A DNA stretch of 64,000 nt, taken from NCBI GenBank assembly GCA_965242865.1, contig CBDETK010000013.1, positions 4,416,001-4,480,000 of the forward strand, given 5' to 3'. Every line of letters begins with the position of its first letter. The first letter of the stretch is position 1. Shown in pieces: positions 28,997-38,190 of this stretch. This DNA comes from Candidatus Latescibacterota bacterium (GTDB lineage: Bacteria > Latescibacterota > UBA2968 > UBA8231). The translations under genes and the position numbers were made by a program. A model generated the notes under the pieces. The model saw nothing but the letters and a program-made list of their open reading frames with translations, did not search any database and was not told the origin of the DNA.

Positions 28997-30812
28997 GGCC
29001 AAAAATCCCGTTTTGAATGCCAAAGATGTTCTGGGGATCCAGAGCCTGTTTGGTCTGGCGCAAGACCGCGATGCTGTTGTCGCTCTGGATGTGCCGGACG
29101 AAGCTCTGGCGAATTTTGCCAACCCCGTGGTGGTGGGACAGGGAGCCGCCGTGGTCCAAAATCGTCTGCCGCAGGGCGTGCTCAATGTCGTGATAGACCT
29201 CAATGGGGCGCGCCAATCCCCGCCCGGAAAACCCCATCGTAAAGTAGATGCACACCCCGGTGTGGTAGGTCTGCGTCACCCGGTACGACAGGTACGGCCG
29301 CCCGGCCACGCCGCGGGTGCTGCACTGCACGACGAGCTCGGCTTGCACGGCCTGCGTCACAGCGTGAATGCGGCTCCAAGGCACAGAGGTCTCAAAGGTC
29401 TCGCCCAAGAAATCGAACTGGTTCAAAAAGTCGCGGATATAGGCGATCCCAAAGGTCAGCATGTACCCGCGTCGGCCGTTGGTGGCCCCGGCGCTCCGGC
29501 CACCGTGGGCCTTGGCCAGCTTGAAGATCGTCCGCTTCTGGTGGGCCACCTCGGCGCGGCCCCCTTCCATGGCAATCGTACACGCCGCCATTTTTAGCGG
29601 GTCAAATCCCAATACCTTCAGTAGGGCGAACTTCTGCACCTTTTCCTTGAGCTGCTGTACGGGAGAGGGCGCGGCCTTGAGCGCCTGTCCAAAGCGGAAC
29701 TCTTGGTTGTTGACCAAGCGGATGCTCGCCGGCAAGGTCCCGGTCTGGCGCAACGCCTGCAAGTACTCCACGCCTTGGGCAAAGGACTTGAACACCAGCG
29801 AACCGTATTCGCGCACCTCTGGCAGGGGATGAATTTTGAGCACGGCCTTGGTGATGATGCCTAAGTTGCCCTCCGAGCCGAAAAGCAGCCCGCGCGGCTG
29901 GATGCCGGTCGAGTTGCGCGGGGTGGTGTGCAAGGTCTCCAGCGCACCGGTCGGCGTCACCAAGGTCGCTTCGAGCACGATGTCCTCGATGTTGCCGTAG
30001 CGGTTTTTCTTCATGCCGCTGGCGTTGGTCGCGATCCAGCCGCCCAAGGTCGAAAGCTCGATGCTGTCTGGGTCGTGGCCGGCCGTGTAGCCCCGGGCGG
30101 CGAGCGTGCGCTCCAGCTCCTTGCCCGAAATCCCCGCTTCAACGCAGGCTTGGAAGTTGTCCTCGTCGAGCTCGACGATCCGGTTCATGCGTCGCATGTC
30201 AACCGAGGCAAAGACGCGGTCGTCGTCGGCCGGCAGGGCCAACGCGCCGCTGACGTTGGTGCCGCCGCCGTAGGGCACGAGGCAAACGTCGCGCTCGGCC
30301 GCGAGGCGCACGATGACGCCCACCTGCTCTTCGCTTTCGGGGTACAGCACCAGATCGACCACGCGCTCCAAGTCGGAGCCGTAGAGCAGGCGATAGACCT
30401 CGTCGACGCTGAGCTGGCCGTGGCTGTGGATGAGGCGCTCGTCGTCGTCGAGCGAAACGCGCTCCGCGCCGAGCGCGGCCTGCCAAGCAGCGACGAGGCG
30501 GGCGTCGGCCCGCGAAGGCGGTACGCGATGATCCTCTTTTTCAATCGCTCGCTCGTCGGGATCGATCGGGACTTGAAGCATCTCCTCGACAAAGGGGATG
30601 AAATGGGGCATGGTGAAGCCGGCCAGCGGATAGCGCCGGCCCGTAACCCGCACGGTCTTAGGCCCGTCAAACTCAAAGCGGGTGTCCGCGTACCCCCATT
30701 TGTGCGGATGGCGTTCTCCGTCGGATACATCGTAGCACGCATCGGCCACGGCGTGGCGCACCACGGCCGCGGCGACTGCGACGACCGCGAGGACGACGGC
30801 GAATTCGATCAT
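28971..30812 (-). CDS. FAD-linked alkyl-dihydroxyacetonephosphate synthase (AGPS)-like protein
   Basis: HSHGQ, PYGGGTNVS, GHDPDSIELSTLGGW, ASGMKKNRYGNIED, GSEGNLG, SIRL, AYIRD, ETFETS, RVTQTY..G.CIYF, GGSLSHHHGVGK; RBS GGAG; hydrophobic N-terminus. Confidence 0.85.
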   Translation of the reverse strand: MIEFAVVLAVVAVAAAVVRHAVADACYDVSDGERHPHKWGYADTRFEFDGPKTVRVTGRRYPLAGFTMPHFIPFVEEMLQVPIDPDERAIEKEDHRVPPSRADARLVAAWQAALGAERVSLDDDERLIHSHGQLSVDEVYRLLYGSDLERVVDLVLYPESEEQVGVIVRLAAERDVCLVPYGGGTNVSGALALPADDDRVFASVDMRRMNRIVELDEDNFQACVEAGISGKELERTLAARGYTAGHDPDSIELSTLGGWIATNASGMKKNRYGNIEDIVLEATLVTPTGALETLHTTPRNSTGIQPRGLLFGSEGNLGIITKAVLKIHPLPEVREYGSLVFKSFAQGVEYLQALRQTGTLPASIRLVNNQEFRFGQALKAAPSPVQQLKEKVQKFALLKVLGFDPLKMAACTIAMEGGRAEVAHQKRTIFKLAKAHGGRSAGATNGRRGYMLTFGIAYIRDFLNQFDFLGETFETSVPWSRIHAVTQAVQAELVVQCSTRGVAGRPYLSYRVTQTYHTGVCIYFTMGFSGRGLARPIEVYHDIEHALRQTILDHGGSLSHHHGVGKIRQSFVRHIQSDNSIAVLRQTKQALDPQNIFGIQNGIFGRAPDEPEQ

Positions 30813-30845
30813 GGCTTCATCTCCTGGGAGGCAGGGGGCACCAAC

Positions 30846-31898
30846 CTACAGCCCCTCCTGCACATCCTTTTTCCGCACTTTCCAGATAAATGCGTCGTAG
30901 TAGTAGTGGATCAGGGCAAAGGAACTGAGCAGCGAATAGCTGAAGAGGTCGAAATTGGTGTTGAAGCCGACGAGGCCAAAGCCAAAGTCGCGCACCAAGC
31001 CCTCGCTCAGCGCGTGAAAGACGAGGGCGTAGGCCGCGCACAGCAGGATAAAGAACTTGACGCCCCGCTTGCTCGCCACGTAGCGCAGGAGGGCTGAATC
31101 GCCGCCCGTGCGCTCGACCTTGTGGCGGTTGTAGAAGTACACCATGACGATGTACTGAATCCCGTGCATGATCCGGTGCGCCACCGCAAACACGAGCAGA
31201 TAGGCCGTGGTAAAACTGGTGAAGTACCACAGGAAATAGCTCGACAGCAAAAAGGCGTACTTGAGGGGATTGAGGGCCAAGCCGCGCCGGGCGCAATAGG
31301 CGATGTGCCCCAAGTAAATCAGGCCGTAGCCAATGGCAAGGGTCCACGAAATTTGATGGACCCATTGCACGGCCTCCGCGCTGATCGGCAAGTGCCACTC
31401 GTGCAACATGCGCACCCAGACCGCGGAAAACAGCGGCGACACCACGAGCATATTGCCAAAGAAGATCCAATTGAAGGCCAAGTCGAACTTGGCGGTGGCC
31501 GGAGCGCCGGCCTTGGCCTTGAAGTCGTACACGCGCGCAAAGCCGTATTGCTGCATCAAGCTGTGCTGGTGATCCCACAAGGTCACGATCAACACCAAAC
31601 TCAACGGCGCCCACTGGATCAGGCCGTACGCAAAGGCGACCAACACCACCGGCCCGACGATGAACCGCTCCTTGAAGCGGGCGAACTCGGCCGGCGAGCC
31701 ATAGACGCGCAGCCACGTGACAAAGTGGTGGGGAATGGTCACCCACAGGGCAATGGCCGCTAGCGCAGCCCCCGGCAGGTAGTGCCCGGACACCAGCGCA
31801 AAGCAGACCGCGGCAAAGGGCAGGCTCACAAACCAGATGTAGTCCTGCCGGCGATCGACGATATAAGCAGGTTGGAGAACGATGGAATTAGTCGCCAT
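30846..31898 (-). CDS. Polytopic membrane protein with several His boxes, function unknown
   Basis: About 9-10 hydrophobic segments; PHHF, DHQHSLMQQYG, HRIMHGIQY, IHYYYDAFIWK. Confidence 0.75.
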   Translation of the reverse strand: MATNSIVLQPAYIVDRRQDYIWFVSLPFAAVCFALVSGHYLPGAALAAIALWVTIPHHFVTWLRVYGSPAEFARFKERFIVGPVVLVAFAYGLIQWAPLSLVLIVTLWDHQHSLMQQYGFARVYDFKAKAGAPATAKFDLAFNWIFFGNMLVVSPLFSAVWVRMLHEWHLPISAEAVQWVHQISWTLAIGYGLIYLGHIAYCARRGLALNPLKYAFLLSSYFLWYFTSFTTAYLLVFAVAHRIMHGIQYIVMVYFYNRHKVERTGGDSALLRYVASKRGVKFFILLCAAYALVFHALSEGLVRDFGFGLVGFNTNFDLFSYSLLSSFALIHYYYDAFIWKVRKKDVQEGL

Positions 31899-33465
31899 GA
31901 GCAGTGGCCAACAGGGCTAACGCCACAGCGTCGGGGCTGAAGCGGATTTCGTGGGCGCGACGCTGGCGCACGGTCGCGGCCAGCTCCTGCACCGCCGCTT
32001 GGAGCTGGGCCTCGGCCCAATCGGCCTCCACCTCGGCGCGGATTTCGTCCAGCCGCGGCAGGCGGGCCGGGCGGCGGCGCAACACGTGCAGGACAATATA
32101 ACCATTCTCCGTGGCAAAGGGGCCGTGGAACGTCCCTTCGGCGGCGCGGAGGGCGCGGCTGACCGGGTTGTCGCCCTCTAAGGCGCCGCGGCCGTAAATC
32201 ACGCTGACAAAGCGATCGACCAGCGCGGTCGTATCGCGCCCGGCGCGCAGCCGCTCGACAATGGCGGTGCCCTCGGCCTGGTCGCGCGCCAGCAACCGGC
32301 GCACCTCCACCTCGGCCGGCGCAGTGTACCGGACCTTGTGCTCCTCGTAAAACAGGCGCAGGCCGTTGGGATCGGGCGCGGGCACCTGCGCTCGCAGCGC
32401 GTCCTGCAAGCGGCGCGCGAGCTGGGCCTGCCGCAGTCGCTCCAACTCGCGCTGTAGGCCGGGGTCGTCGGCCAGCGCGAGCCGTGCGATTTCGAGGGGG
32501 ACCAGCACCTGCCGGCCGACCTCGCGCCGCAGCACCTCGTGGCGCGCGCCTTGGCCTCTTAGCAGCGCACGGGCCTGCGCGACCGTTAGCGCCCCGCTGT
32601 CGTACTCGACCGCGACCGCCTCGGCCGCCCGGCCCGCGTCCAGCCCATCCGGCTCGTAGCGCACGTTGTAGCGCGCGTGGAGGGTATCGTAATACGCCAA
32701 CAGTTGCCGCCCGAGCTTTTCCCGCAGCACCAAGCGCAACACGGTCTCTCGCTCCTGCTCAAAGCTGACCGGGTGCGTGTCCGTGAGCTTGATGAGAAAG
32801 TACCCGTCGGCCACCTGCATCGGCTCGGAAATTTCCCCGACCTGCATGGCGAAGGCCCGTTCGGTCAGGGCGGCATGCGAGGCCATGGTATCGCCCCAGC
32901 GGTGATAGCCCATGTCGGCGCGCCGCTCCAAAATCCGCGAGTCCTGCGAGTGTTGCAGCGACAGCTCCTCAAAGTCTGCCCCGGCGTCGAGGGCCGCCAA
33001 AATCTCCGGTAGCTGGGCGGGGTCGCGCACCATCAGCAGGCTGAAGCGCACGCGGCGGTTGTACGGGCTGCGCTGGAAATAGGCCCGTAGCTCCTCTTCG
33101 GCAACCTCGGGCTGGGCGATCCCGGCGCGGGTGTACAGGGCCTGTTGCACCAGCCGCGCCCGCGCCTGCGCCTGCCATTGCAAAAACTCCGCGCGCTCGC
33201 CCAAGCCGCGCCGCTCGGCTTCCTGCACGAGCAGCGTTTGCTCGACGATGGCGTCCAAGAGTTGCTCGGCCCCGTACTCGGCCCGCAATTCCGGCGCGAC
33301 CTTGGCGAGGTACTGGCGGTAGTCTGCCACCCGAATCGCGGTTTGGCCCACCTCCACCAAAACGGCCTCTTCAGCGGCCCCGGCCGGGCCGTCCTCGGCG
33401 CAGCCGCTCGCGCCGAGCAGCACCGCGCAAAGGGCCGGGCGCACCCAACGCTTATTTAGCTGCAC
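31888..33465 (-). CDS. SurA/PrsA-like PpiC-type peptidyl-prolyl isomerase lipoprotein
   Basis: Lipobox ASGC, LLVQEAERRGL, GADFEELSLQHSQD, DMGY, GEISEP, second rotamase-like repeat (FHGPFATENGY). Confidence 0.8.
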   Translation of the reverse strand: MQLNKRWVRPALCAVLLGASGCAEDGPAGAAEEAVLVEVGQTAIRVADYRQYLAKVAPELRAEYGAEQLLDAIVEQTLLVQEAERRGLGERAEFLQWQAQARARLVQQALYTRAGIAQPEVAEEELRAYFQRSPYNRRVRFSLLMVRDPAQLPEILAALDAGADFEELSLQHSQDSRILERRADMGYHRWGDTMASHAALTERAFAMQVGEISEPMQVADGYFLIKLTDTHPVSFEQERETVLRLVLREKLGRQLLAYYDTLHARYNVRYEPDGLDAGRAAEAVAVEYDSGALTVAQARALLRGQGARHEVLRREVGRQVLVPLEIARLALADDPGLQRELERLRQAQLARRLQDALRAQVPAPDPNGLRLFYEEHKVRYTAPAEVEVRRLLARDQAEGTAIVERLRAGRDTTALVDRFVSVIYGRGALEGDNPVSRALRAAEGTFHGPFATENGYIVLHVLRRRPARLPRLDEIRAEVEADWAEAQLQAAVQELAATVRQRRAHEIRFSPDAVALALLATAHGD

Positions 33466-34822
33466 GGTCTTCCTTCATCTTTTGAATCGCCGCCAATTCC
33501 CGCTTGCTCTTTTCCACATCCCCTGCTTTTAGATAGGCGATGGCCAATTTTTGCCGCGCAGCTAAAAATTCCGGTCGCCCGGCCACTGCGGTTGCCAACG
33601 CTTCGGCGGCCCGCGCAAAGTCGCCCTCGCGTGCATAGAGCAAGCCCAAGAAGTAGTTGACATCCACATCGTCGGGCGTCCGCTCGTGCGCTGCGCGCAG
33701 GCTCGCGAGGGCCTCGTCAAAGCGCTGCAAGCGCAGCTGCGCTTGGCCCAAATTGTAGTGGGCCTTGGCATATGCTGGGTCCAAGGCCAGCGCGGCTTGG
33801 TATTCGGCGATGGCCGCGGCGAATTGGCCCGAGCGCAGGTAGAGGTTGCCCAAGTTGTTGCGGTAGCGCAAGCTGTCCGGCGCCAAGCGCACGGCCAGCC
33901 GGTACGCTTCGGCCGCTTCGGCCAAGCGGCCCTGCTCCGCGTACAACAGCGCGAGTTGCGCCCGCGCCTCGTGGTCGTCGGGCGCGTTGCCCAGCATCCG
34001 CAGTTGGTCGTCAATTTTGTCGAGTTGCCGGTCGAGCACCCGAAACCGCGCCAGCACTTGGGCACTCTCCGCGCGGTGGCCGAGCCGCTTGAGGGCACTG
34101 GCCAGCGCGAAATACGCCTCCTTAGACAAGGAGTCGAGCGCGACCGCCCGGCGGGCAGCCCGTTCAGCGGCTGCGTACGCGCGCCGCTTGAGTTCCACCT
34201 GCGCCAAATCGACGTACGCGGCCGCAACCGTGCTGTCCAGCGCGACCGCTCGCCGCAGCGCGGTAGCGGCCCGCTCAAAGTCGAGCTCCTTCAGGCGCGT
34301 CCGGCCCAAGAGCCGATAGAAGGACGCATTCGTGGAGTCGCGGGCCAGCCCTGCTTGCAGCAGCGTTTCCACTTCGCCGTACTCGCCGCGCAAGAAGTAG
34401 ATGTAAGCGAGGTCGTAGTACGTCGTCAGATGGCCGGGGTCCAACGCGAGCACCCGGCGGTGTTCGTCCATGGCTTGGGCGTAGTTGAGCTGCTTGACGT
34501 ACAGGGCTGCGAGGTTGTGCCGCGCCGATACGTGCGTTGAGTCGAGTGCCAAGACGCGCTGATAGGCGGCCATGGCGCGGGGGTAATCGAGCGAGCGCAC
34601 GTAAGCATTGCCTACGTTGTAGTGGATTTTGGCGGACTCAGGCGCGAGCGCGGCGGCTTGTTGGTACGCGTCAATGGCCTCGGTGTGGCGGCCCTCGGCC
34701 GCGAGCGCAATGCCGCGCACAAAGAGGGCTTCGGCCTCTAGAGCCGCGCCCGGGCGCACTTTTTCTGGCGGGCTTTGCTCCGCACAGGCGCACCAGACGA
34801 GGCAGAAAAGTAGGACTCTCAT
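33452..34822 (-). CDS. Tetratricopeptide repeat protein (exported)
   Basis: Many TPRs (IHYNVGNAY, ARHNLA, RNNLGNLY, AHYNLG); short Cys-containing signal; ATGA overlap with the upstream gene. Confidence 0.88.
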   Translation of the reverse strand: MRVLLFCLVWCACAEQSPPEKVRPGAALEAEALFVRGIALAAEGRHTEAIDAYQQAAALAPESAKIHYNVGNAYVRSLDYPRAMAAYQRVLALDSTHVSARHNLAALYVKQLNYAQAMDEHRRVLALDPGHLTTYYDLAYIYFLRGEYGEVETLLQAGLARDSTNASFYRLLGRTRLKELDFERAATALRRAVALDSTVAAAYVDLAQVELKRRAYAAAERAARRAVALDSLSKEAYFALASALKRLGHRAESAQVLARFRVLDRQLDKIDDQLRMLGNAPDDHEARAQLALLYAEQGRLAEAAEAYRLAVRLAPDSLRYRNNLGNLYLRSGQFAAAIAEYQAALALDPAYAKAHYNLGQAQLRLQRFDEALASLRAAHERTPDDVDVNYFLGLLYAREGDFARAAEALATAVAGRPEFLAARQKLAIAYLKAGDVEKSKRELAAIQKMKEDRAAK

Positions 34823-36444
34823 CGCGTCGCTCCTTCGACGAGCAGGTGCTCTTGGTCGATGCCTAAGTCCGCGTATTCCTCGACCCGACCGCTCGGCCAG
34901 TAGAGGACCACGCGCTCAATGCTCGTGGCCGTGCCCAGCCCAAAGTGTAGCCGCAGATCGCTTTGGGAGAGAAAACTGGCTCCGGAGCGCACTTCGTCGG
35001 TCTGCACCTGCCCGCCGCTGGTGACTTCGACGCGCACACCAATGCCGGCCGCATTGCTGTCGCGGCCGGCGAGCCGCAGGCGCACATAGTGCCCGCTCGC
35101 GCCGTCGTTGCGCATCAAGGTCGGCGCGGTGGCGACATTGGTCACGAGGACATCGATATCGCCATCGTCGTCGTAGTCGCCAAAGGCCGCGCCGCGGCTG
35201 ACTCGTTTTAGGGACAGCGCGCCGCCATCGGCTGCGTATTCGGCAAAGCGACCATCGCCGGTGTTGAGAAAGAGCTGATTGCGCTGGGGAAAGGTCGCGT
35301 TCTCGTATTGCTCGACGTCGCTTTCCAAGTGGCCATTGGCGATAAAAATATCGCGGTCGCCGTCGTTGTCCGCGTCGAAAAAGCGCGTCCCCCACGCCAA
35401 GTACGCAATCGTGCCCTTGCCCAATCCGGCGAGGAAGGTCTCATCGACAAAGGTGCCGTCGCCGAGGTTTTTGTACAGGGTATTGGTCTCCCACTGAAAG
35501 TTGGTGACGAAAAGGTCGTAGTCGCCGTCGTTGTCGTAATCGCCCATGTCAACGCCCATGCCCGCTTCGACGTCGCCGTCCTCGTTGTACGCCGCGCCAG
35601 CCAAAAGTGCTTCTTCGGCAAAGTGGCCGGTGCCGTCGTTGAGGTACAAGAAGTTCGCGGTTTTGTCGTTGGCTAGGTAGAGGTCTGGGTCGCCGTCGCG
35701 GTCCACGTCGCCAAAGACCACGCCGAGCTCCTTGCCCTCGGTGCTGCCCAGCCCGGCAGCCGCCGTGACGTCGGCAAAGGTGCCGTCGCCTTCGTTCCGG
35801 TACAGCACGTCGGCCACCCCGTCAAAAGCCTCTGGGCCGCAGTAGAGTTGCAAGCCGCTGCCGCCCTCGGCGCAGACGCGGTGGTTGGCATAAGAGAAGT
35901 TGTGGTAATTGCCCACGTACAAATCCACGAAGCCGTCGCGGTCCACGTCGGCAAACGCAGCCGACGCTCCCCAGCCCTCGTCGCCGACTTCGGCGGTAGC
36001 TGTGACATCGGCAAAGGTGCCGTCGCCCTCGTTTCGGTACAGCACATTGGCGCCGAAGTTGGTCGCGTACAGGTCGAGGTCGCCGTCGTTGTCGTAGTCG
36101 CCGACTGCTATGCCCATGCCGTAGCCGGTGTCGCCGACGCCGGCGCGCTCGGTTACATCGGCAAACGTGCCGTCGCCTCTGTTGCGGTAGAGCGCGTTTT
36201 GCGGCGCCGGGTCGTATTCGGTCCCCGGCACGGCGCCGCCGTTGATCAGGTAGATGTCGAGGCGACCGTCGCTGTCGTAGTCGAAAAAGCCGCCGCCCGG
36301 GCCGACCGTTTCAATGACGAATTTCTGGCCGTTGGCCCCGTTGACGTGGACGAAGCCGATGCCCGCGTCGTGGGTGGCGTCGTGGAAGTGCGGGTTGGCG
36401 TGGAGGGGGACGGATAGGAGGAGCAGCAGCAGGAAATTGAGCAC
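34819..36444 (-). CDS. CRTAC1 / ASPIC-UnbV family protein (FG-GAP/VCBS beta-propeller)
   Basis: Repeated DYDNDGDxD and LYRNxGDGTF, AGMGVD, SRGAAFGD, C-terminal SFLSQSDLRLHFGLG and WPSG; signal peptide. Confidence 0.92.
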   Translation of the reverse strand: MLNFLLLLLLSVPLHANPHFHDATHDAGIGFVHVNGANGQKFVIETVGPGGGFFDYDSDGRLDIYLINGGAVPGTEYDPAPQNALYRNRGDGTFADVTERAGVGDTGYGMGIAVGDYDNDGDLDLYATNFGANVLYRNEGDGTFADVTATAEVGDEGWGASAAFADVDRDGFVDLYVGNYHNFSYANHRVCAEGGSGLQLYCGPEAFDGVADVLYRNEGDGTFADVTAAAGLGSTEGKELGVVFGDVDRDGDPDLYLANDKTANFLYLNDGTGHFAEEALLAGAAYNEDGDVEAGMGVDMGDYDNDGDYDLFVTNFQWETNTLYKNLGDGTFVDETFLAGLGKGTIAYLAWGTRFFDADNDGDRDIFIANGHLESDVEQYENATFPQRNQLFLNTGDGRFAEYAADGGALSLKRVSRGAAFGDYDDDGDIDVLVTNVATAPTLMRNDGASGHYVRLRLAGRDSNAAGIGVRVEVTSGGQVQTDEVRSGASFLSQSDLRLHFGLGTATSIERVVLYWPSGRVEEYADLGIDQEHLLVEGATR

Positions 36445-36457
36445 AGTCTGGACGGGG

Positions 36458-36946
36458 CTATCCGGGCAAACGGGTCAAGATCAGCGTTCCAAGCGCGATG
36501 AGCGTTGTTATCTGAATGCCGATAAGCCAGCGAAAATCGCGGCGGTGCTCTTGCCGCAAGCTGGCCATGTCCTGCCGGTGGGTGGCTTCAAGGGCCTCGA
36601 GGCGGCGATGGATGGTCGCCATGTCCTGCCGCAAGCTGGCCACGTCCTGCTGCAAGCTAGCCACGTCCTGCTGCAAGCTAGCCACGTCCTGCTGCAAGCT
36701 AGCCACGTCCTGCTGCAAGCTAGCCACGTCCTGCTGCAAGCTAGCCACGTCCTGTCGGTGGGTGGCTTCGAGGGCCTCGAGGCGGCGATGGATGGTCGCC
36801 ATGTCCTGCCGCAAGTTGGCCATGTCCTGCCGGTGGGTGGCGTCCATGCTCTCTAACCGGGCGGCTATCTGCTCAAGGCTTCCCTCGAGGCGGCCGGCTT
36901 GGACGTGTGCGGCTAGATGCTCTTCTATGGGAGACGGGGTGGTCAT
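36458..36946 (-). CDS. Heptad-repeat coiled-coil protein with C-terminal membrane anchor (DUF1640/Bdr-like)
   Basis: (Q/R)QD(V/M)ASL repeats, then FRWLIGIQITTLIALGTLIL; RBS AAGGAG. Confidence 0.75.
   Translation of the reverse strand: MTTPSPIEEHLAAHVQAGRLEGSLEQIAARLESMDATHRQDMANLRQDMATIHRRLEALEATHRQDVASLQQDVASLQQDVASLQQDVASLQQDVASLQQDVASLRQDMATIHRRLEALEATHRQDMASLRQEHRRDFRWLIGIQITTLIALGTLILTRLPG
36632..36754. repeat. 21-bp tandem repeat, about 6 copies (in-frame VNTR)
   Basis: caagctagccacgtcctgctg units start at 36632, 36653, 36674, 36695, 36716 and 36737 (last partial); flanked by a duplicated longer block. Confidence 0.95.
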
Positions 36947-37040
36947 AGGTCGCTTCTCCTTGTGAGGTGGTTACTCCAGTATCTGAATCTTAAGAGACAA
37001 GCTCTGTTTCTTCGCCTTGACTTGCTCTTTGCTTCTAAAA

Positions 37041-37271
37041 TCAGTTCAGCTTTAACAGAATGCTTATAAGCAAGCCCACAATGCCGAATTGAATGCCGAT
37101 TAGCCAGCGAAACTGACTGTCCATGCGGCGCGTTAGTTCGGTACGCAGCTCGCCAATAGCGCGTCCAACGCCATCAATCCGCTTTTCAACGCTGTCCAAG
37201 CGGCAGTCTAACTGCTCGGCAATCCCTTGTGCAGTCTTTTTCACATTAACTAGGAGCCTCGGCGGCGTCAA
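37041..37271 (-). CDS. Short or truncated homolog of the coiled-coil/TM protein
   Basis: Shares FRWLIGIQ plus hydrophobic tail with 36458..36946; start uncertain. Confidence 0.55.
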   Translation of the reverse strand: MTPPRLLVNVKKTAQGIAEQLDCRLDSVEKRIDGVGRAIGELRTELTRRMDSQFRWLIGIQFGIVGLLISILLKLN

Positions 37272-37440
37272 AAGGTCCTAACCCCTCCAATGCCTCGACG
37301 ATAAAGCGATACGCCCGCTGGCGGCTGGCGGCGGGAGGCAGCGGCCCCATGACCTGTTACAGGGCGTTGAGCTTCCCAAGCATCCCGAGTGGAAGGCGGG
37401 GCGGCGAGGCGCAGGCTGGCAAAGGCGGGCATAAGCCATC

Positions 37441-38124
37441 CTAATCGGATAGCCGGAAGGGCGGATACTGATCGGTGACTAGGATAAAAGCGTACGCGAC
37501 GACGCGCAGCCACCAGCGACTGACGCCAATGACCAGATTGAACAAGTCTCGGGGGTAGCGTTCAGTAAAGAGGATGGCGAACCAAGCCCCGATGGTACAG
37601 AGGACGGCCACGAGGCTCAGTGGGATCAGGATGATGTAGTGAGGAATGGCTAAAAACCACTTGACTAGCGGCAACCAGCGGTTGAGGTCTTGCTGGGCAT
37701 CTGGGTAATCAATGTCGAGGTGGATCGCCTGTTCCTCGTCCGTGGAGGGGTATTCGTCGCGCAGCAGCCCTAAGTAGGCTGAGACCCGGCAGGAGAAGCG
37801 CAGGAGCTCGAGGTTCCAGTCGAACCACCAGCGGGGGTACTTGCGGCGGAAGAGCAGCATGAGCACCGCCGGAATGAAAATCAAGCCTGAGATGGTCGTG
37901 ATGAAGGGAGGGGTCTTGTCGTAATCCCAATGATCCCAATACCAGAGTGCCGAATCAACCCAGTTCCAACTCCAACTCCAACTCGCCCCATCGTCTATGC
38001 TGGCCAAGACGATAAAAATGGGAATGACGGTAAACAGCCGGAAGAAGGTCGTGAGGCGATTGCGGGGCTGGTCGGGATAATCGACCTCATAGCGAAGGGG
38101 ATAAGAATCGGTGGGTGCGTTCAT
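37441..38124 (-). CDS. DUF4389 family membrane protein
   Basis: Two repeats ending LLRDEYP and LVTDQYPPF, RWLPLVKWFLAIPH; RBS AGGAG before ATG 38124. Confidence 0.85.
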   Translation of the reverse strand: MNAPTDSYPLRYEVDYPDQPRNRLTTFFRLFTVIPIFIVLASIDDGASWSWSWNWVDSALWYWDHWDYDKTPPFITTISGLIFIPAVLMLLFRRKYPRWWFDWNLELLRFSCRVSAYLGLLRDEYPSTDEEQAIHLDIDYPDAQQDLNRWLPLVKWFLAIPHYIILIPLSLVAVLCTIGAWFAILFTERYPRDLFNLVIGVSRWWLRVVAYAFILVTDQYPPFRLSD

Positions 38125-38190
38125 GGGGACGCTCCTGAAGGGGTGTGAAAGGGCTTTGGGGAGCCTCAAAAAGCAAGCGTTATGGAATAC

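Noticed and set aside
28997-29203. SDR start at 29203 implying a 230-nt overlap or a frameshifted fusion with AGPS
   Set aside because: AGPS has a complete C-terminus (LDPQNIFG) and the SDR fold begins at NKTVVITGAS; a short start/stop overlap is sufficient.
36632-36754. 21-bp repeats as a CRISPR array
   Set aside because: Head-to-tail with no spacers; they encode in-frame heptads.
37290-37440. Possible cobalamin riboswitch (minus strand CCACTCGGG...GGGAAG)
   Set aside because: The other conserved elements (GCCCCCGC-ACTGT, AGxCAGxAxACC) are not seen, and the downstream gene is unrelated to B12.
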